From sequence record AF322020.1: a stretch of 531 nucleotides of DNA. The stretch is one strand, 5' to 3'. Below are positions 1 through 531 of the stretch, one piece after another; position 1 is the stretch's first letter; each line of letters starts with the position of its first letter. The notes under the pieces were generated by a model, which ran no database searches, had not been told where the DNA came from, and saw only the letters and a program-made list of their open reading frames with translations. This DNA comes from a phage. The position numbers were made by a program, and so were the translations under genes.

Positions 1-6
1 AGGAGG
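1..6 (+). promoter_or_regulatory. Shine-Dalgarno-like AGGAGG hexamer; relevant only if the source is prokaryotic or organellar
   Basis: Seen directly: aggagg at 1-6, followed by taac and ATG at 11-13 (4-nt spacer, shorter than typical). A second purine run, gaggag at 17-22, lies 7 nt upstream of an ATG at 30-32. Both downstream ORFs are only 8-9 codons long. Confidence 0.15.
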
Positions 7-10
7 TAAC

Positions 11-37
11 ATGCAAGAGGAGAATTGGGATGTGTAA
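11..37 (+). other. 8-codon mini-ORF (MQEENWDV) whose TAA stop overlaps the first in-frame ATG of the longer ORF (taATG at 35-39)
   Basis: Hand translation: atg caa gag gag aat tgg gat gtg taa. The stop at 35-37 shares its last base with the ATG at 37-39, which is in frame with the 25-240 ORF. This is a coupling-like geometry but cannot be told apart from chance at this length. Confidence 0.12.
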
Positions 38-240
38 TGTTGGATATGGAGAAGGTTGAACCTCAGTGTTGTACAAGGATTAACCAAAGTAAAAATTTTG
101 ATATAGGCGTGTGTCAGCTCTCTCGCCCTCGCCCTCGCCGGATTTTCCCCATATGGGGCCGCGCTGCGGTTGGCTTGGGGATTGGGCTAGGCTGGGCCGT
201 CTTCAACCTGCTGCCGCAGGAAGCTCGATGGGTTGGCTGA
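25..240 (+). CDS. Hypothetical 71-aa ORF (TTG start; first in-frame ATG at 37), probably a chance open frame
   Basis: This is the ORF supplied in the six-frame track; I confirmed the frame and the TGA stop at 238-240. Arguments against a real gene: it starts on TTG, the segment SRPRPRR is encoded by the (CTCGCC)3 microsatellite, it spans a 12-bp palindrome and a sharp compositional boundary near 120, and I recognise no motif in the peptide. The window may also be eukaryotic, where an isolated 71-codon frame means little. Confidence 0.15.
   Translation: MGCVMLDMEKVEPQCCTRINQSKNFDIGVCQLSRPRPRRIFPIWGRAAVGLGIGLGWAVFNLLPQEARWVG
61..78 (+). repeat. Copy 1 of recurring 18-nt motif CCTYAGTGTTKKACAAGG (cctcagtgttgtacaagg), containing the 8-bp palindrome TTGTACAA at 69-76
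   Basis: Ungapped comparison by eye: 16/18 identical to 303-320 and 14/18 to 373-390. Confidence 0.8.
122..139. repeat. Perfect hexanucleotide microsatellite (CTCGCC)x3
   Basis: Seen directly: ctcgcc ctcgcc ctcgcc at 122-139, flanked by a partial copy upstream (ctct at 118-121) and g140. Confidence 0.95.
147..158. other. Perfect 12-bp palindrome CCCCATATGGGG (contains CATATG)
   Basis: Seen directly: ccccatatgggg at 147-158 is its own reverse complement. It could form a 4-bp GC stem with an ATAT loop, or serve as a dyad-symmetric binding site. Function is unknown. Confidence 0.85.
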
Positions 241-253
241 GGGTTGCCGAGGG
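155..253 (+). other. G-tract-rich segment with a recurring GGTTGGCT octamer (168-175 and 231-238)
   Basis: G runs of 3 or more at 155-158, 177-180, 184-186, 195-197, 230-232, 241-243 and 251-253. The spacing does not fit a canonical G-quadruplex (G3+N1-7)x4 cleanly, because the first loop would be 18 nt. Confidence 0.5.
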
Positions 254-257
254 CTGC

Positions 258-275
258 GCTTAGTGGTACACAAGT
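258..275 (+). repeat. Degenerate copy of the 18-nt motif (gcttagtggtacacaagt)
   Basis: 13/18 ungapped identity to 303-320, with the shared core cttagtg...acaag. This is weaker than the other three copies. Confidence 0.45.
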
Positions 276-302
276 AGAACGCCTAGGAAGCGCTAGGGCA
301 CG

Positions 303-320
303 CCTTAGTGTTGGACAAGG
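303..320 (+). repeat. Copy 2 of the 18-nt motif (ccttagtgttggacaagg)
   Basis: 16/18 identical to 61-78 and 15/18 to 373-390. Confidence 0.8.
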
Positions 321-323
321 TGA

Positions 324-336
324 TTGCCTTAGGCAA
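324..336. other. 13-bp interrupted palindrome TTGCCT-T-AGGCAA (core gccttaggc, contains CCTNAGG)
   Basis: Seen directly: ttgcct (324-329), t (330), aggcaa (331-336); the two arms are reverse complements. Confidence 0.8.
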
Positions 337-368
337 CCGTTTAGGGCTTACACAGGCCGTTTTAGGGC
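337..368 (+). repeat. Pair of direct repeats CCGTTTAGGGC (337-347) and CCGTTTTAGGGC (357-368), each containing TTAGGG
   Basis: Seen directly. Both exact TTAGGG hexamers in the window lie here, at 341-346 and 362-367, with the same flanks (ccgtt...c). A related CTAGGG sits at 293-298, and CCTAGG, CCTTAG and GCTTAG variants occur between 258 and 332. Confidence 0.8.
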
Positions 369-372
369 AATT

Positions 373-390
373 CCTGAGTGTTTGACAGGG
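373..390 (+). repeat. Copy 3 of the 18-nt motif (cctgagtgtttgacaggg), containing TTGACA at 382-387
   Basis: 15/18 identical to 303-320 and 14/18 to 61-78. Confidence 0.75.
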
Positions 391-410
391 TGTGAGGGTG
401 TGGGCTATCT

Positions 411-478
411 GTTCGTTTCGCTACGCTTNACTCACTGCTCCTCACTTCGCTGNCGCTCGCTACACTGCCTGTCGNGTA
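411..478 (+). repeat. C/T-rich tract with loose ~10-nt periodicity (ctcactgctc / ctcacttcgc / tgNcgctcgc / tacactgcct); recurring TCGCT and CTCACT; GC skew opposite to the upstream block
   Basis: Hand count for 411-480: C about 26, G about 13, A about 7. CTCACT occurs at 431-436 and 441-446; TCGCT at 418-422 and 447-451, and within CGCTCGCT at 454-461. Three N calls (429, 453, 475) make the exact sequence uncertain. Confidence 0.5.
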
Positions 479-531
479 CCTTANGNTATTCCTTGAGGGA
501 TGGCTTANGNTANCCTTANNGGGCTACCTTA
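479..531 (+). repeat. ~24-nt-period tandem repeat (about 2.2 copies) of a CCTTA-N-G-N-TA...CCTT..GGG unit; low-quality read end
   Basis: Unit 1 (479-502) is ccttaNgNtattccttgagggatg and unit 2 (503-526) is gcttaNgNtaNccttaNNgggcta; cctta at 527-531 restarts the unit. The N calls at 484/486 and 508/510 fall at identical phase in the two units. Seven of the window's ten Ns lie in this feature. Confidence 0.55.

Noticed and set aside
155-197. Canonical G-quadruplex-forming sequence
   Set aside because: Four G-tracts exist (155-158, 177-180, 184-186, 195-197), but the first loop would be 18 nt, outside the usual 1-7 nt definition. The later G-tracts (230-253) number only three. At most this is a weak, non-canonical candidate.
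25-240. The 71-aa ORF as a genuine small protein gene, for example a membrane peptide given the hydrophobic C-terminal half (AAVGLGIGLGWAVFNLL)
   Set aside because: The hydrophobic stretch is a by-product of translating G/T-rich repeat DNA (GGN and GTN codons). The frame begins at TTG, passes through a microsatellite and a palindrome, and straddles a compositional boundary, and I recognise no domain. It is kept only as a low-confidence ORF.
61-390. CRISPR array (repeated 18-nt motif with intervening unique sequence)
   Set aside because: The repeat is shorter than typical CRISPR repeats, the copies are imperfect (14-16 of 18), the spacings are irregular (about 45, 70 and 242 nt), and the intervening sequence is itself repetitive. 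This is not consistent with repeat-spacer architecture.
382-411. Sigma70-type promoter: exact TTGACA (-35) at 382-387 with a candidate -10 about 18 nt downstream (tatctg at 406-411)
   Set aside because: The -10 candidate matches TATAAT at only about 3 of 6 positions and lacks the conserved final T. TTGACA is part of the recurring 18-nt motif, so its presence is explained by the repeat. There is no downstream ORF, and the region is low quality from 421 onward.
431-461. Partial resemblance of ctcactg...tcgctg-cgctcg to the common ColE1/pUC-type vector backbone segment (ctcactgactcgctgcgctcgg), which would imply that the read runs into vector
   Set aside because: Only three short blocks (6-7 nt each) match, and they are separated by about 9 nt (ctcctcact) that the vector lacks. 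The similarity is explained as well by the local CTCACT/TCGCT internal repeats. Without a UniVec search I cannot confirm it, so I treat it as unproven and do not annotate it as vector.
1-531. tRNA or rRNA gene, or a recognisable mobile-element terminus (terminal inverted repeats flanked by target-site duplications)
   Set aside because: I could find no cloverleaf-compatible arrangement or conserved T-loop-like GTTCGA/GTTCAA box with matching acceptor arms, and no stretch I recognise as conserved rRNA sequence. The palindromes are 12-13 bp single dyads rather than paired terminal inverted repeats with flanking direct duplications.

Overview
This 531-nt window looks like a single-pass read: it has 10 ambiguous N calls, all in the last ~105 nt (positions 429-520). 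I cannot identify any known gene, RNA gene, mobile element or CRISPR array, and a window this small and this repetitive does not support a multi-gene system. It falls into three compositional blocks. (i) 1-120 is purine-rich and strongly C-depleted (about 12 C in 120 nt by my hand count), with an AGGAGG hexamer and very short overlapping ORFs. (ii) About 121-410 is GC-rich and G-skewed on the + strand (G roughly twice C by hand count) and is built largely of short degenerate repeats, including TTAGGG-family (telomere-like) motifs. (iii) 411-478 is C/T-rich with the skew reversed, followed by a ~24-nt periodic repeat (479-531) in which the N calls fall at the same phase. The only ORF in the supplied track (25-240, TTG start, 71 aa) runs through a perfect hexamer microsatellite and a 12-bp palindrome and has no signature I recognise; it is more likely a chance open frame than a gene. 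The best-supported signals are repeat architecture: an 18-nt motif present three to four times, a pair of CCGTT(T)TAGGGC direct repeats, a palindromic 9-mer that looks like an indel between two motif copies, and the skew switch near 410. Organism and genomic context cannot be determined from sequence alone.
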